Shown here piece after piece: positions 1 through 14,600 of a DNA stretch of 64,000 bases. Position numbers and translations under genes: made by a program. Location of the stretch: assembly GCA_012295275.1 (NCBI GenBank), contig CM022668.1:12648001-12712000 (forward strand). Direction: 5' to 3'. Each line of letters begins with the position of its first letter. The first letter of the stretch is position 1. The DNA is from Chrysomallon squamiferum (lineage: Eukaryota > Animalia > Mollusca). The notes below the pieces were generated by a model. The model did not search any database. It saw nothing but the letters and a program-made list of their open reading frames with translations, and was not told where the DNA came from.

Positions 1-43
<43 letters not shown>

Positions 44-385
44 GTCTCAACAGTAATGGAGTATGGTCAAATACAAGAAATTAAAGATGTTCTCTTCATA
101 TGTCTCTATCTATCACTCCATCTTTCTGTCTCTTGTATGTTTATCTCTCTCTCTCTCTCTCTCTTATTAACTTTTACTCTCTATCTTTGTTTATTCATGT
201 CACTTTTTATTATCTTCTTATCATTGTCTTTATTTTATTTTGGTCTCAGTTTCAGATAGAGAGAAATATATATGTCTATCTGTCTGTTTCTCCATTTTCT
301 CTCCTCGTTCCTTTTTCAATCTGTTTCATGATTTTCCTTTCTGTCTGTTTGTCTCTGTCTTTGTTCCCTCTCTCACTCCATCTCC

Positions 386-427
<42 letters not shown>

Positions 428-449
428 TGCAAACTAAAATTAAGCTTAC
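1..449 (-). other. 5' part of the intron following the Elk PAS exon
   Basis: Canonical donor G|GTAAGC at 449-444, followed by (GA)n-rich sequence on the minus strand. The next exon (expected ..PFWCL.DI.PIKNE..) is not in the window. Confidence 0.88.
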
Positions 450-680
450 CACATTTCTTATAGAGGTAAATCTCTGTCTTCAGCTCATTTTTCTCTTCCA
501 AAGCTTTGTCGATTTTTTCTTTTTCTTCATCCTCGGTTTCTGCTCCATACAGGAACTTGCAGGCACAGCTCTTTGACATGACCTGTGACCTCCCAAATCC
601 TGTAAGCTCGCAGAAACCATCAGAACAGTACACGATTGGTCGGCCATTTGCCTGTGCATTTCCCAGAACAAAGTTGCTAT
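450..680 (-). CDS. Elk: Internal coding exon (equivalent to coding exon 2) of an EAG-superfamily voltage-gated K+ channel, Elk/Kv12 (KCNH3/4/8-like) subfamily; PAS domain
   Basis: Minus strand reads TTTATTTCAG|AT AGC AAC TTT GTT CTG GGA AAT...TAT AAG AAA TGT G|GTAAGC. Length is 231 nt (2+228+1, phase 1-1). Translation: [94 protein letters not shown] and KSCxCKFL(Y/F)G match Elk-type channels as I recall them, rather than Eag or Erg. The boundaries match the conserved KCNH exon-2 positions. The supplied ORF 373..633 overlaps the exon but has the wrong ends. Confidence 0.95.
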
Positions 681-1852
681 CTGAAATAAATAAATAAATA
701 TAAAAATTAATAAATAAATTAATAAATAAATAAATCGGTCAATCAATCAATAAATAAATAAATAAATAAAACAATCAAACAAACAAACAAACAAACAAAT
801 AATTATTCATAACAATAATAAGGATAATGATACTAGTGATAAATGAGAAGATCCTTTATTGACAAATGTTCGGGACCTGAAATATTCTGGCTTCATCACA
901 GTCTTTATGATTTCATAATTGAATTATCAAAATTCATGTCTATATTTTGAATTCTGTTTTTATTCAGGCAGCAGATAAATATGCAGGAATTACAGACATA
1001 CAAGAACAGAAACCTTTAAATAATGGAATAAAATGCCACTGGTATTTTCCATTTGTAGATAATTATTTTAAAAACATTTTTTAAGACTGTCATTCTAATG
1101 ATATGTATTTAAAAAAAATAAAGAACAGAGAACGTGTTCATTAAAATGGCTGAAATTCCAAACCAGAAGAAATAAACGGTTTTAAAAGAAAGAACAACTA
1201 AAAAATAAAATTACAAATGTATTTAATGACAAGACTATTTTTGATACAAAGGCATAAAAGCAAATGACATTTGGAATGTAAAGTGAAATTAAAAAATAAA
1301 ATAATAAATTTGAAGCCAAGATAACAATTATAATAATAATTTGAAGTGTGTGTGGCTATGGTTTTTTTCTTCTAGTATATGTGAAAAACAAAAAACAAAA
1401 ATTATTATAGCAATAACAATAATAATAAAGAAAGAAATAAAGAAAATGGATACAAATATTAAAATAGAATAATTAATATAAATAGAAAACAAAATAAATA
1501 ATAAATTAAGAAAAAAGAATAAATAAACAATTAATAATAATAAGAAGAAATAAATAAATAAATAAATAAAATGAAATGAAATGTAAGTAAAATAAAATAA
1601 TAAAATAAATATATAAGTAATATAAATAATTAAACCTTAGACAAGATGATACTTTCATTAACTATTTTTTTAATTCTTTTTTTGAAAATTTCAAATTTGA
1701 AACAGAAATCCTGTGCCTTACTGTATTACTGTGTATATTAACAGAACATCAATGTAATCATCTTGCAAAATTATCTTTTAGTTAGAATTTGTCACTGATT
1801 TTTAAAATAAATAATTATAATGTATTTTAAAATTAATGACTTTGATGATTGC

Positions 1853-1905
<53 letters not shown>

Positions 1906-2139
1906 TAGTATTTTTAAGTTTTAATTCTTTATTGATTTTAATACTTATTTTCATTATTCTTCACTTTTTTTCACACCTAATTTTGTTGTGTTTTATATCT
2001 GGCATTTATTATTCAGTGTTAAAAATATAATAAATAAATAAATATGATTAATAAATTTAATGGCCAAATAAATAAATACATTTTACAAATTAAATAAATA
2101 ATAATAAAATAAATAAAAATAAATAACTATGTAAGTAAG

Positions 2140-2171
<32 letters not shown>

Positions 2172-2828
2172 AATGATAATAATAATAAGTTAATAAATTT
2201 AATAATGAAGTAAATAATTAAATATAATTTTCCTTAACAAAAAAAATTAAAACTAAATAAACAAATTAACCACAACAACCAAAAAAACAAAACAAATTTT
2301 TTTTTTAAAACCCCCAAACCTCCACCTAAATTCAAAAACCAAATCAAATAAAACACAAACAACTAAATATAAAAATAAAATAAACAAAAACGGATCACTG
2401 ATAATCCAAACACGACTGTACAAAAAAACAAAAAAAAAACAAAAACAAGATGGCCGCACAAATCAGCATCATAACCCACTCTCTCCCACTAACAAAACCT
2501 TATTCCGTCACTAACACTGTACAATACGGCGACATTCGACTCTGCACAATATTCACATACTAATTAAAACAGCAGAATTTGTCTACTTTGAAGTATTTTG
2601 AGAGCTGCCTCTCTGTTTCGTGGTTTTCCATTCCTAATTAATAACGAGAGCTCTGACATTAAGATGTTATGTACACATGTACAGCCAGCTATTAGCCTAA
2701 TGATGAAGAGTTCTTCCTCAAGGCAGGTAAACGAGATTGTTGTGTTGATCAGAATTACCGGCGTGGATACATTTTTGAATATTTACTAGTGTCTGGGGAA
2801 AGGTTGACTGTGTGAGCAAGTTGTGTGT

Positions 2829-2859
<31 letters not shown>

Positions 2860-2981
2860 CATTTGTATTTATATGTGCTTGTTTGCCTATGTGTCAATGT
2901 AAAATATTAGCAATTTTTTATTATTATTACTTAAATACACAGATACATACATACATATATATACATACATACATACATACA

Positions 2982-3012
<31 letters not shown>

Positions 3013-3319
3013 CTATATATATATAAACCACATACATATAAACATCATACATATATATACATATATTCATTTATCCATACATTCATTCATCCATCCATCC
3101 ATCCATCATACATCTCACACACACACATATTGCATACATACATACATACATAAATACACACACAGACACATATACCAATATCATCATTAAGTACATACTT
3201 GGTACCTTTAATATACCACTACATTAAGAGTAGCATCAAAGTGCCTTTAACACCTAACACAAAACCTTGAACTGGGAGCACTGCAGATAAATTACCAGTA
3301 TTATACAACTATGACATGA

Positions 3320-3756
3320 GCTGCATCTATTTAATACCTCTTGTGTTAATACACCATGTAAAATAATCTACATCACACAATCGGTCTCTGTTTCTGTTTC
3401 TCTCTGTCATTCATTCTGTCCATCTCTTACCACTTTCTCTGAGGTGTTTTTTTTAGCTGTCTTTCTCACTCTCTCTTATACCTCTATAACATCATCTGCA
3501 TCTATTTAATCAGTCTTGTATGAACACATGTAAAACAATGCATATTACATATTTGTCTTTGTGTTTCCATTTCACTAATTCTTTCAATTTCATTCCACTG
3601 TTTCTTTTTCTTTTCTCTCTCTCCCTCTCTCTCTCTCTCTCAAAATATCAACTGCATCTATTTAATAAGTCTATGCATGAACACGTATAAAACAATGCAT
3701 ATAACACACATTGTCTCTGCGATTCCATTTCACTAATTCTTTCCATTTCATTCCAC

Positions 3757-3830
<74 letters not shown>

Positions 3831-4080
3831 CATCAACTGCATCTATTTAATAAGTCTATGCATGAACACGTATAAAACAAAGCATATCACACACATTGTC
3901 TTCATGTTTCTCCGATTCTCTCTCTGATTCTTTCCATTTCATTCCACTCGCCATTTTTAATATTATTAATATATATATTTTTTTTTAGCTCTCTTTCTCT
4001 TATATCTAGAACATCAACTGTATCTATGTAATACATCTCGTATTATTAACACATCATGTAAAACAATCTATATCACACCA
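3320..4080. repeat. Degenerate tandem repeat, 5 units of about 155-185 bp
   Basis: CTG(C/T)ATCTAT(T/G)TAAT...TAAAA(C/T)AA recurs at 3321, 3496, 3652, 3837 and 4018. Length variation comes from internal (CT)n tracts. Confidence 0.9.
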
Positions 4081-4889
4081 ACTGCAGAAAACTGGGACTT
4101 ATTAGACATCTGCTTGAAATCTTTTGAGTATAATTAACTCAGTCGAGAAAACAGACGACGAGAACAAGCTCTAAGATAATTTTTTTAATATTTCTTTTTT
4201 TTTTTTACCATTATGTCACCCTTGAGCAGTATTCTTTTTTTCTCTCTCTCTCTCTCATCTTCTTCTACTTGTCTGTTCAACAGGCTTGCAGAGCTAATCA
4301 GAAGTGTGTATCTTTTAAATGATTTGCTGCGTTTGATCTGAGAAGGAATCCAGCTATTTGAGTCAATTACGATCTGTCGAGCTGGTTTGGGTTTTTGTTA
4401 AAGAGTTAAAGAGGGAAGGCAACATAACAACGTGCTGTTGTTGTAGTCGTTGAGGGACTGTCGGCTTGGTTGTAAAAGTCCAAAACTGAGTTTGAGATAT
4501 TCTGTTTTTCCCATTCATACCAGATTTTATTACAGATGTTTAGTAATGTGAAATATAATGAACTAAATTAAACTGCAGTTGTTAATGCACAGATTTAACA
4601 TTTATTTTAGAGAGTTTATTTATTTCAGATGTTTGTTGTTTTCTTCAGGGTTTTTTTTTTTTTTTTAAGTGTTTTTTTGTTTTTTGAAAAAAAATTTGGT
4701 GGGGTGTGTATTATTTGAAAATAAATTAATAGATCACATATTTCTGAGATGGTTTACCATGTGATATTATATATCAACATCCTGAAAAATAATAAATACT
4801 ACAATTAAGACTGACCATTTAATTTTAAAAGTGTATATCTGTAACTGAAATAATTTTTAAGATTGTGTATTTAATTAAAGTGTCAAATT

Positions 4890-6070
4890 TTGACAATTCC
4901 AGACCTGTTATTCTTCCTCTGTATAATTATTAATTAATCTGGATTTCCTGTTCAATTTTAAAGTAATTGAAATGATTTTTAAAACAATTAATTTATTAAA
5001 TTATTTTTTTTTCCAGTTCCAAACCTGGTTTTCAAAATCAGATCAGTAATGAAATATAATTTACTGTTCAGTTTTGAAAATGAATGTCAAACTCAAGCTA
5101 ATAATTTTTTATTTTTTATTACCTAGTTTTATGTGCATTTTCCAACCAAAAAACAAAGAGAAGAAATATTTTATTTTTTATTCCAGACCTGATATGAGTG
5201 TGATATTTATTTGTATCAAACAAATAATTAATTTTTTTTTTCCTGTTCCAAACATAATTTTCTAAATTTGTATAATAGTTGTTATAATCATTGTAGTCAT
5301 TTTTTAAAATATGTACACAATTTTTGGTATCAATTTTAAAAGAATAGCTAATTGATTTTTTTCCCATTCCAAACCTAATCTTCTGTATCAGAATAGTGTC
5401 ATATTAATGGTGTGGTTATGATTTATATTCAATTTCAAAAAGTTAAAATATTTTTATTTTTTGAAGTAAAATGTGGAGACTCATTTTTTTTTTTTTTTGC
5501 ATTCCATTTCATAATTCTGAGTTTCTATATTTCTTTTTAAATTTCTCTTGTATTTCAAATGATATTTAAAACACATTTTATATTGCCAATAATAATTATT
5601 TTTTTATTTTAAAAGAACATTTATATGATGATTTTTAAATCAATAATTATATATATTCCCATTCCACTTCTTATTTTCCACATTAATGTAAAATACAAAT
5701 TACATTTTAAAGTTAAAAATTACTTTTCAGTTTTAATCATACAAATGCATTTGAAATAATATATGTAATAATGACACATATTTTCCTGTTCCAGACTTAA
5801 TTTTGAAAACCAGTATAAACATATAAATGATATATTGCAGAAAATATTTGCTATATTTAATTTTAAAGTGTTTGAACAAATGTTTATGAATGATTTTCTT
5901 TCCCTTTACTTCATGTCAAACATAATTTTCAGTATCAAAGTAAAGGATTTACTATTCATTTTCAAAAATGCATATTTATTTGAAATACAATTTTTTTTAA
6001 ATGCATGATAAATAAATAAGTTATCCTTTACATCATTTCAAAACTAATTTTCAATATCAGTCAATTTAAT
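4890..6070. repeat. Ancient, highly degenerate tandem array (about 110-140 bp spacing)
   Basis: TTCCARAC(C/A)T-type cores at about 4897, 5017, 5181, 5246, 5367 and 5789, with weaker copies near 5500, 5660, 5915 and 6038. Confidence 0.55.
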
Positions 6071-6799
6071 AAAACATTATAAATTACACAAAATTTTCAA
6101 TTTTTAAACTACAAATACACAATTTTTAAAAGTGATAAACTGAGATCAATGAATATTAAAATTATATTTTCAAAACATATCCCATTCTAAATCACTGAAA
6201 CAAGAAGCAGCTGAGGAGAATTGAACCCAAATCCCCTCAGGTCTGAAATGCACCCTACAGTTTGTTCTTTACAATAAAACAGGTGGGGGAGGGATGCCAT
6301 CTTTAAAATAAATCAACAGTTGCAACAGCAAGAAGTCATATTTATTATTTAAACACAGTGCAAAGAAGACTTGGTTTAGAACAGCCTTTTCATTTGTCTT
6401 GTACAGTGACAACAGTTAAAGCACACTTCATGGTCTCTCAACAGTGATCATTTTCCCATTACCTCATAAAAGGAAATCAAGTTTTCTATTATTTAACTGC
6501 AGGAATGGTTCTCTCTGGAGAGAGCAGAAACAATGACACAACAGTGACTCCAGCAGTCCCCAGGAACGTTGATTTTGACAGAGAAATGAATGAGGTTAGT
6601 TGTTGTGATTATGAGAGCTGATGAAAGTAGTAGAGATAGGAGGCTGGTGTAACAGATGAGGGTGAGATACAGTTAATATGTCACAGTCTGCTTATTGTGT
6701 GAATCGTGATTAGCCGCATGTGTTTGTGATACACGGGGGGGGGGTATTATGCTTGGATGTATAATATATACAATAAAGATGATAATGTTGTGTTGAATT

Positions 6800-6994
6800 A
6801 CGTGTGTGTGTGTTTTCATATGTATACATATATATATATAGATGAATATGTACACGTATATACATAAAAACACATATACATACATATATATGTATGTATG
6901 TATATTTGTATGTATGTGTGTGTGTGTATCTATGTGTATGTATATGTATATGTATGTGTTTGTATGTATGTATTGATGTATGTATGTATGCATG

Positions 6995-7027
<33 letters not shown>

Positions 7028-7160
7028 TTATGTATGTATGTATATATGTATGTATTTATGTATGTATGTATGTATGCATGTGTGTGTGTGTGTGTTGGTA
7101 TATATATATATATGTATGTATGTATTTATGCATGTATATATGTATGCACGTCTGTATGTA
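6800..7160. repeat. Compound (TG)n/(TA)n/(TATG)n microsatellite
   Basis: Directly visible; the source of the spurious C/V/Y/M ORFs. Confidence 0.95.
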
Positions 7161-8574
7161 TGACTGAATATAATTACGACACATTTTCACAAATTTACAC
7201 AGAAATTCACACACTCTCACTCAGTCATATGCACAGACTTATTTTAAAAAGTTTAAAACAACAACAACAAACACACAGATAAAGTGAGTTTGTTCTACAG
7301 TTTAAAATACCTGCTAACTTGAATATTCCAATCAAGTTTTCAGAATTAATCCAGTATCCGAGGAGATGATTTATAATTCAGAACAGTAACTGAGTGATCA
7401 GGTCGCTAATAGTAATAATTAATACCTTATACAACAAAATCTCTTTGCTATCCCCTCCAGTACAGACAGACAGACAGACAGACAGACTGATAAACGATCT
7501 GTTGGAAAAATAATTAGCCTTGTCTACATTCTGGCACGTTTAAATTACTTTTCAATACTGCAGGTGTTGGTCTTTTTTTCTTTTTTTTTTAATTATGTGC
7601 AAAATAATGTCGCAGCAATTCCCTAGAAATTATAGGGCAGGAGTGTCATGGAAGAAAGAAAAAAAAAAAAAAATACTGCTTAGCAAAGTTTTAATAGAAG
7701 TTTGAGTAAACACGCAAATGTGACACGTCTATTAACAGTGTGTAATCAATAGCCGACACATACGATAATTACCCAATGCCCATGAAGTACACAGTTGGTA
7801 TTAAACACGACATTTTTTATTACAGTTCCATAAACAATAATTAAGCTCAGAGGAGATGTGTTTTGTAATTGAGCTCGTAAAAGTTTCCATTTTATATTCA
7901 GTTCTTACCCAGGACGTGCGAAATGTCCAGCTAACCCAATTTCTGACGTGTTTCTGTTAGCGATTCAAATTTCTTTTCGTGGCCAGGATAATGGACAATA
8001 AATAAATGTTTAATAACATCTGAAAACATCTGAATAATTATGGCAACTGGGTGTCAGTCATATTTCGTAGGTGATGTGGTGTAATTTTTCTCAAGTGTGA
8101 TGTAGTGTAGTTTTGTGTTATTTTGTACCTATATCTATCTATCTATGCAGACACACACACATACACACTCATATACACACATTCACACACACACACACAA
8201 ACACATTAACTCACATGTACATTTAAATCAGGTGAATGAGTGTAATTTTTAAATATTTCAACTTTTAAAATATTTAAAAAATTATTATAATAATATAAAA
8301 ATTTGTTGAAATAACAAAAGAATATAATGCATTTTAAATCCAGATATTAAAATCAAAAAATATATGTGTGTGTGTGTGTGTGTGTGTGTATTTTTCATTC
8401 ATTAAAAGTGGAGCTGTATGTTAAACACTGAAAATAAACAATTCTAAGCAAATGTTTTAGATGAACGTTAATAATTATCATAATTGTCAGCTTATGACTT
8501 TATAATTGTAAGTGATTAATGATGTCTGCTCTTAATTAGTTTGGTCTCTCCATTGAAGCTCTCCAGTATCTAAT

Positions 8575-8786
8575 TGCTGTTAACTGGTGAGGCTAATTTA
8601 GGGTATACACTGAACTGTATATATTTCTAATACAGATAATTATGAGGTCATTTGTTGATAATTACTTCTAACTGATGAGGCTAATTTGGGGTATACACTG
8701 AATTGTATATATTTTTAATTCAAAAAATTATGTGGTCATAATGTTGATAATTATTTTTAACTGAGGCCAATTAAGGGTATTTCCCT

Positions 8787-8823
<37 letters not shown>

Positions 8824-9325
8824 ATAATGTAGATAAGTATGAGGTCATATGTTGGTAATAATGACTGCCAAATTTGGGGTCTATGCTAAAATTAACATTT
8901 TTAAATTACCACTGAATTGATGAAGCTAATTCGCGATGTACACTAGAATCTATACATTATTTAAAATTTATTCCTAAATACCGAGTTGACTGCATTTACT
9001 TGAGGAGGCTAATTTTGAAGCCTATGGGTGGGTATATAACCACAGCTAATTCAAGAGGCTGACTTTGGGATCAACACTAAAACCAACAAGATTCTAATTA
9101 CAGCTAAACTGATCTGGCTAATTTTGGGTGCCTTCTGAAGTCAACAATTACGGACAGAATTATATCTAAATGATCAGATTAATTATGCTTCTAGTTAACT
9201 AATGAGGCTAATATGAGGTCAACAGAAATGTGGACAGAATTATAATTACTGCTAACTGATGGTGCTTCTGGAGTTTATGACAGCAGCTAGGCAAAGAGGC
9301 TAATTTGGGGTATACAGTCTAAAGT
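8575..9325. repeat. Degenerate minisatellite with core GAGGCTAATTTGGGGTATACAC
   Basis: About 10 variants, e.g. 8589 gaggctaatttagggtatacac, 8677 gaggctaatttggggtatacac, 9296 gaggctaatttggggtatacag. Spacing is irregular (about 50-110 bp). Confidence 0.8.
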
Positions 9326-9703
9326 CAACAGGTTTTTATAATTGAGGCTTCAGGGAAAAAATAATAAATGTTTCATGCTGAGTGAACCAGGAAACAGACA
9401 TTTTAATTAATAAGATCTTATTAACGATTTTTTTTTTTTGGGTGAAATTTTTGTAAATTATAAAGGTGAGTTTCTTTAGTATGTATGGGAAAGCAAGAGT
9501 AATATAGTAAATATACAGTTGTTTTGGTTAACTGAAGGTTTTTTCTTGTGCATATTTAGTTAAATGGGTGGGGGAGTGGGTGGGTGGGTTATTTTGGGTG
9601 TGTGGGTGTGATTGTAAACTTACATCAACACAAGCATGGATGTACACACATGCATACACATAAACATATACAAAGATATATACATCTGTATTAATATATC
9701 TCA

Positions 9704-9737
<34 letters not shown>

Positions 9738-11543
9738 GCAAGAAAGACAGAGTGAGATAGAGTGTGTGGGTGTAATCAGTTATTAAAAACATATAGACAG
9801 ACATATACACATTCGCATACGTATCCATACTGCATTATATCGATATTATGTACATATATATCACAAACCAGGATACACATACTTGCAAATATAAATTAAG
9901 AAACATACGTGCAATATATTTTTACTCTAACCCATATACATTGAGGACAATTTACTATTCTTAAAATAGTGTATGTTCAACAATTTGATCAACTACAAAC
10001 GTTTATGATTTGCAAATCAATGGTAAATTAATTATATCATAGTTCGTTACCTTGACCGCTTTATATGACTGTTATTTTCATGAATAAATATTTCTAACGA
10101 CGAATTTGATTTAATATTTTCATAGTAATAATGATGAAAATTAGCAATTTATAGGACTACTGACATATATCGGTCTAAATACATATATATGATATATAGA
10201 CTCATATTCTGGCATTTAATAAACATTTAAATAGGATTGGGACATTAATTCTTATAAATCTGTTGAAATTGTATTTGCGTTTACGTATGTTTTACCTGCT
10301 GGTGTGAAAATTTTCGGTAATATCTTCTTTTGTTTTGAAAAGAAATCCCCTGACACTTATTTTCCTTTGTATTGTTGTTGTGTCTTGGAAACAAACTTTA
10401 AATTTCATTGCGCACAAAAAAAAAGTGCATTATTTCATAAGTAAATTGCATTCAGTACTGTTCGTTTATTATTAAAATTTAATGAAGATTTTTTTATATA
10501 TTATTATACGTAAACAAATAAAATAAAAATAAAAAATAAAAAAGAGAAGAAAAGACCTTTAAAAAAAAAGAAGACGAAAACTTTAAAAAGTGCGTGTTAC
10601 CCATTACAATTTCATTAACGTCATTTCCGCTTTTAACAGAATGTCCCAGACGACATATTTCTTTACTTTTTCTAATAAGTCAAATGTTGTAAATAAGTAG
10701 TGCACGTCATTAACTCACTGATTTTTGGATTAATACAGATTTCTGCCAAACTCCGACTATTCAAGCAGAATTGATTTTTATGCATAGGAAGTAAAGTAGC
10801 TTCGATATTTTCTTTTTTTAAAAAGCTGTATTGAAAATATCAATTTTTGACTCCAAGAACTTCCTTGCAACAAGAACCAATCGAAGGATGACACGATTTT
10901 AATTTTTCTTTTCTTTTGACGAAAATTTTATGTTACTGACAGTCAGCAAAAATCGTTTTAAAAACAGAAATCTATTTCCTTATTTGCATTGTTATGTGCT
11001 GCGGTCAATAAACACGTTTGGCGTTTTGTAAATCGAAAAATACTTCAGTTTAAAAGAATTTATTATTAGAGGGGTTTTTTTTTGTTTGTTTTTTAACATC
11101 ATAAAATAATTAAGTACCCTATTACTAATTTAAACACACACACACACACACACACACTGATTTAAAAAAAATGGAACACGAAAGTTTAATGAATTTTTAA
11201 ATATGGATTTTTCATAATGAAAATAACTAGTGCTTCTTTCTCTGTCTCAGGTATTTATGAATAGCATGTCATCTGAATATTAATTAATCTTTTTGAATTC
11301 TGATATACAGGCGTTGATTATGGTGTTTTCTCAATATTATAAAATTAATACTGAATAAAAAAATACAAATTTGATGTTTATACGTGTGTCCCCATTCATC
11401 CACTCATTTATGCATTATGAAGTTGCACAATGACATTGAAATTGATAGGTCTCCATTCACTTTGAAATTCAAGATACATATGACAACACTGTTGTGACAC
11501 ATTGCAGCTTGTGTGTGAACAAAAGCAAGTAACTGTGCATATA

Positions 11544-11611
<68 letters not shown>

Positions 11612-14600
11612 GGGTATTCTATAAAATGTATAATTACAAATTATAGACATTTACAATGTTTTCAGAATATACACATTTCCTTTCAGAGTTTAATGCAAAA
11701 TCTAGCTCTATGACCATGTTTTGCAGTTAACTGTAAGCGAATGTGTATATAAACCTTATAAAGCCAAAATAAATCCCATCACAGGAGACAACAGTAAAAT
11801 GGCATTTTCTTTCGAGCATTATTAATTCATGCATATTTTATGATGTTGCGTTTTATCTGTGTCTCTGCAGGGAGCTGTTTTTGTTATGTAACTCATACTT
11901 ACTGAAGCAAAAAAAACCTATAAAATGTTATTAAAACAGATTTTAGTATTCAGCTAAACATTCTGTTACTTGATATTTGTTTGAAGTTGGTGTAATCAAA
12001 TCAGACATCCGAATGAGATATTTTTTTTTTTCTTTATCTTTTTCTTGATTTCAAATGTACTAATGACATAACTCAATTTCTTTTTATCAGTTTTTTTTTT
12101 TTTTTTTTTTCTTTATTTTTCTTTACTTTTTTTTTTTTTTTTTGTCTTTCATTAATAATAAATAAAATCACCTTGACATAGAAACAGTTATTCGATATGG
12201 TGGTAATCTATACGATTTTGTAATTATAATCTGAAAGAAAAGACCAAATGCCATTAATTCAACCTTCAAAGGAGCTTACTGAATATCAGTTGCAATTTTC
12301 ATTTACCCTTAAAAGAAAAACACTTCTCATAGTCTTTGATACAGGGGGGAATGGTTGGAATAAGAACTAGTAAATAATTAAAGTTTTCTTTTCAATTTAA
12401 TTGTCCTGCATAATATTTGAATTCAGATTTTTTTTTTTCCATTTTTCTTTATTGTGAATGGAGAGCAAACTTTTATAAATTATAATTGGCTATGAGTTCA
12501 GATACAGCTTTGTCCTGTAATTAAAACAGCTACTGTATCTTAGAGGTAGTGTCATGATGCATAAATCCCATTCCAAACCAGTATCTTATAAATGATGTAT
12601 GACAGGTCATAATATTGCTGGTGCATCAACACACATACACACCGACTCACCCACTCACACATGAATAACAGAAAAAAAATGGAAGTAATTGTTTTTAACA
12701 AAATCAATGCCAGTGTCATGAAGAAATGATTGTTAACAGTTCTCAAGATAGTCATATTTTGTTTGTGCACGAACTGCCGTATACAGAAAATAATGTAATT
12801 TTGTTCATGCAGAAACTGCTATATACAGAAAAATAATGCAATTTAGCACTGCATATGTTGTGAATTAGAACTGATATAATTATACTGTCAATTTGGTACT
12901 GTTCTGAATATTTTCTGCTAACGGAGACAATTTGTGTGATTGTGATAAAGGTCATACATGCAATAATGTTTATTTCTATTTTCAATGTTTTTGTTGTTGA
13001 TGCTGTTATTATTATTATTATTTTTTTTTTTTTTTGAATGAAAAGCTATATGCTGGAATCTTATTATTTTATTTTTATTATTTAATTATATTTTTGTTGA
13101 AATAGTCGTAGAAGCTGTTAATTTCATTTTAATGGCTACAACGTTGCTTCTCAATCTTTTCCTTGCAAGCTGTCCCCTTCTCCCACCCAAACTAAAAATA
13201 ATAATTTATTGAATCCTCAACACTAACTGTCTTTGGAAATAAATAAGTTAATAAGTGAGTGAGTAAATAAATGTATGGTCAATCCTATAAAATAACCCAG
13301 ACTGACAAATTTAATACAAGAATTGTTCGACTTTCAGTGCACACACACTTTTTCTAATTCTTTCACAGGTTGTTCAGATTAATTAAATATGTCAATATGT
13401 TTGCGATGACCTGACAAACTAGGAACCTGGTGACCCAATAAACCTTTACTATGACTTTTGTGTCAGAATTCAATAGAAGGGGGAAAAAAAAAAAAAATTA
13501 AAAATTAAAAAAAAATGATCTGTCTGGAGCACTGACATGTTAATCCGATCAGTCCTAAAAAATCAATAATAAAAAATAAAAAAAATTCATTTTTTTTTCT
13601 TCCTAAAATGAGGAAGCAATCGGATTTTTTTTTTTTTTTTTTTTTCTTTCTACAATTATGGAACATTATGTGCGGGTGACACTTTAGTGGGATAAAATGT
13701 CTGAACCTTTCGTTCTCGGAGGGAAAAACTGTAGACAGTTTATCACAAAAGTGTGAAAAATAAATAGATGGGATGGACTTTGAATTGTTAGATTGGACAT
13801 GCATGGCTGATTTATGATGAGTTCTATTTTATTTTCTTTGTTTATGGAAATTATGATCAATGTGTTAACAGACATAGATGCATTGATGGATAAATGAACA
13901 GATAACTTGAGAAAAATGATAATAAGTGTGTGTGCACCAGAAACCTTATATGGATGAATTGGATTAAGTAGATTTTTTATTTTTATTTTTATTTTTTTTT
14001 TTGATAGAAATGATGAATAGATTGAAAGAAATTGATGATTACGATTGCAGACATATGGATTCATAAGTACTGAATGACAAATCTCGACAAAAATAAAATA
14101 ATAAAATATAATTTTTTTTTTTTTTTAGATAATGTAGCCTTGTATGAATAGATTGGATTTTATTTTATTTTAGATGATTGTTTTTTATTTTTATTTTTTA
14201 TTATTATTTTTTTTTTTATCAAAAGAATAGCTACAGTATAAAAAACAGAAATATTGATCAGAAGATCATTAATATGATGCATCATGGTGATTTATATATG
14301 TATATATATATATTTTAGATGGAACTTACAATGAAGGTATTAAGACACAGATACATATTGATGAGTAATGATTAGATAGATGAAATTTATATGGATGGAT
14401 TACATTGCCTGAAAGAGGGTTTTTTTGTGTTTTTTTGCTATAAATGGATTGAAAAATGTATATTGATCATAATGATTGTGGACATTCATGTTGATTGGTT
14501 ATTTACGGAAGGTTGCTTTGCTTGGGTGGACTGGATAAGAAGGTGGACTTATAAATAAACAAGAGACTGGAATACTTAGATTAATGACTGGGATGTTGCA

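Noticed and set aside
373-449. Extension of the Elk ORF into [13 protein letters not shown]..
   Set aside because: Read-through past the GTAAGC donor into an intronic (GA)n tract.
8575-9325. CRISPR-like appearance of repeat-spacer arrays here and at 23065-23560 and 61410-62550
   Set aside because: Eukaryotic intron, degenerate repeats, irregular spacers that are related to one another, and no cas genes.
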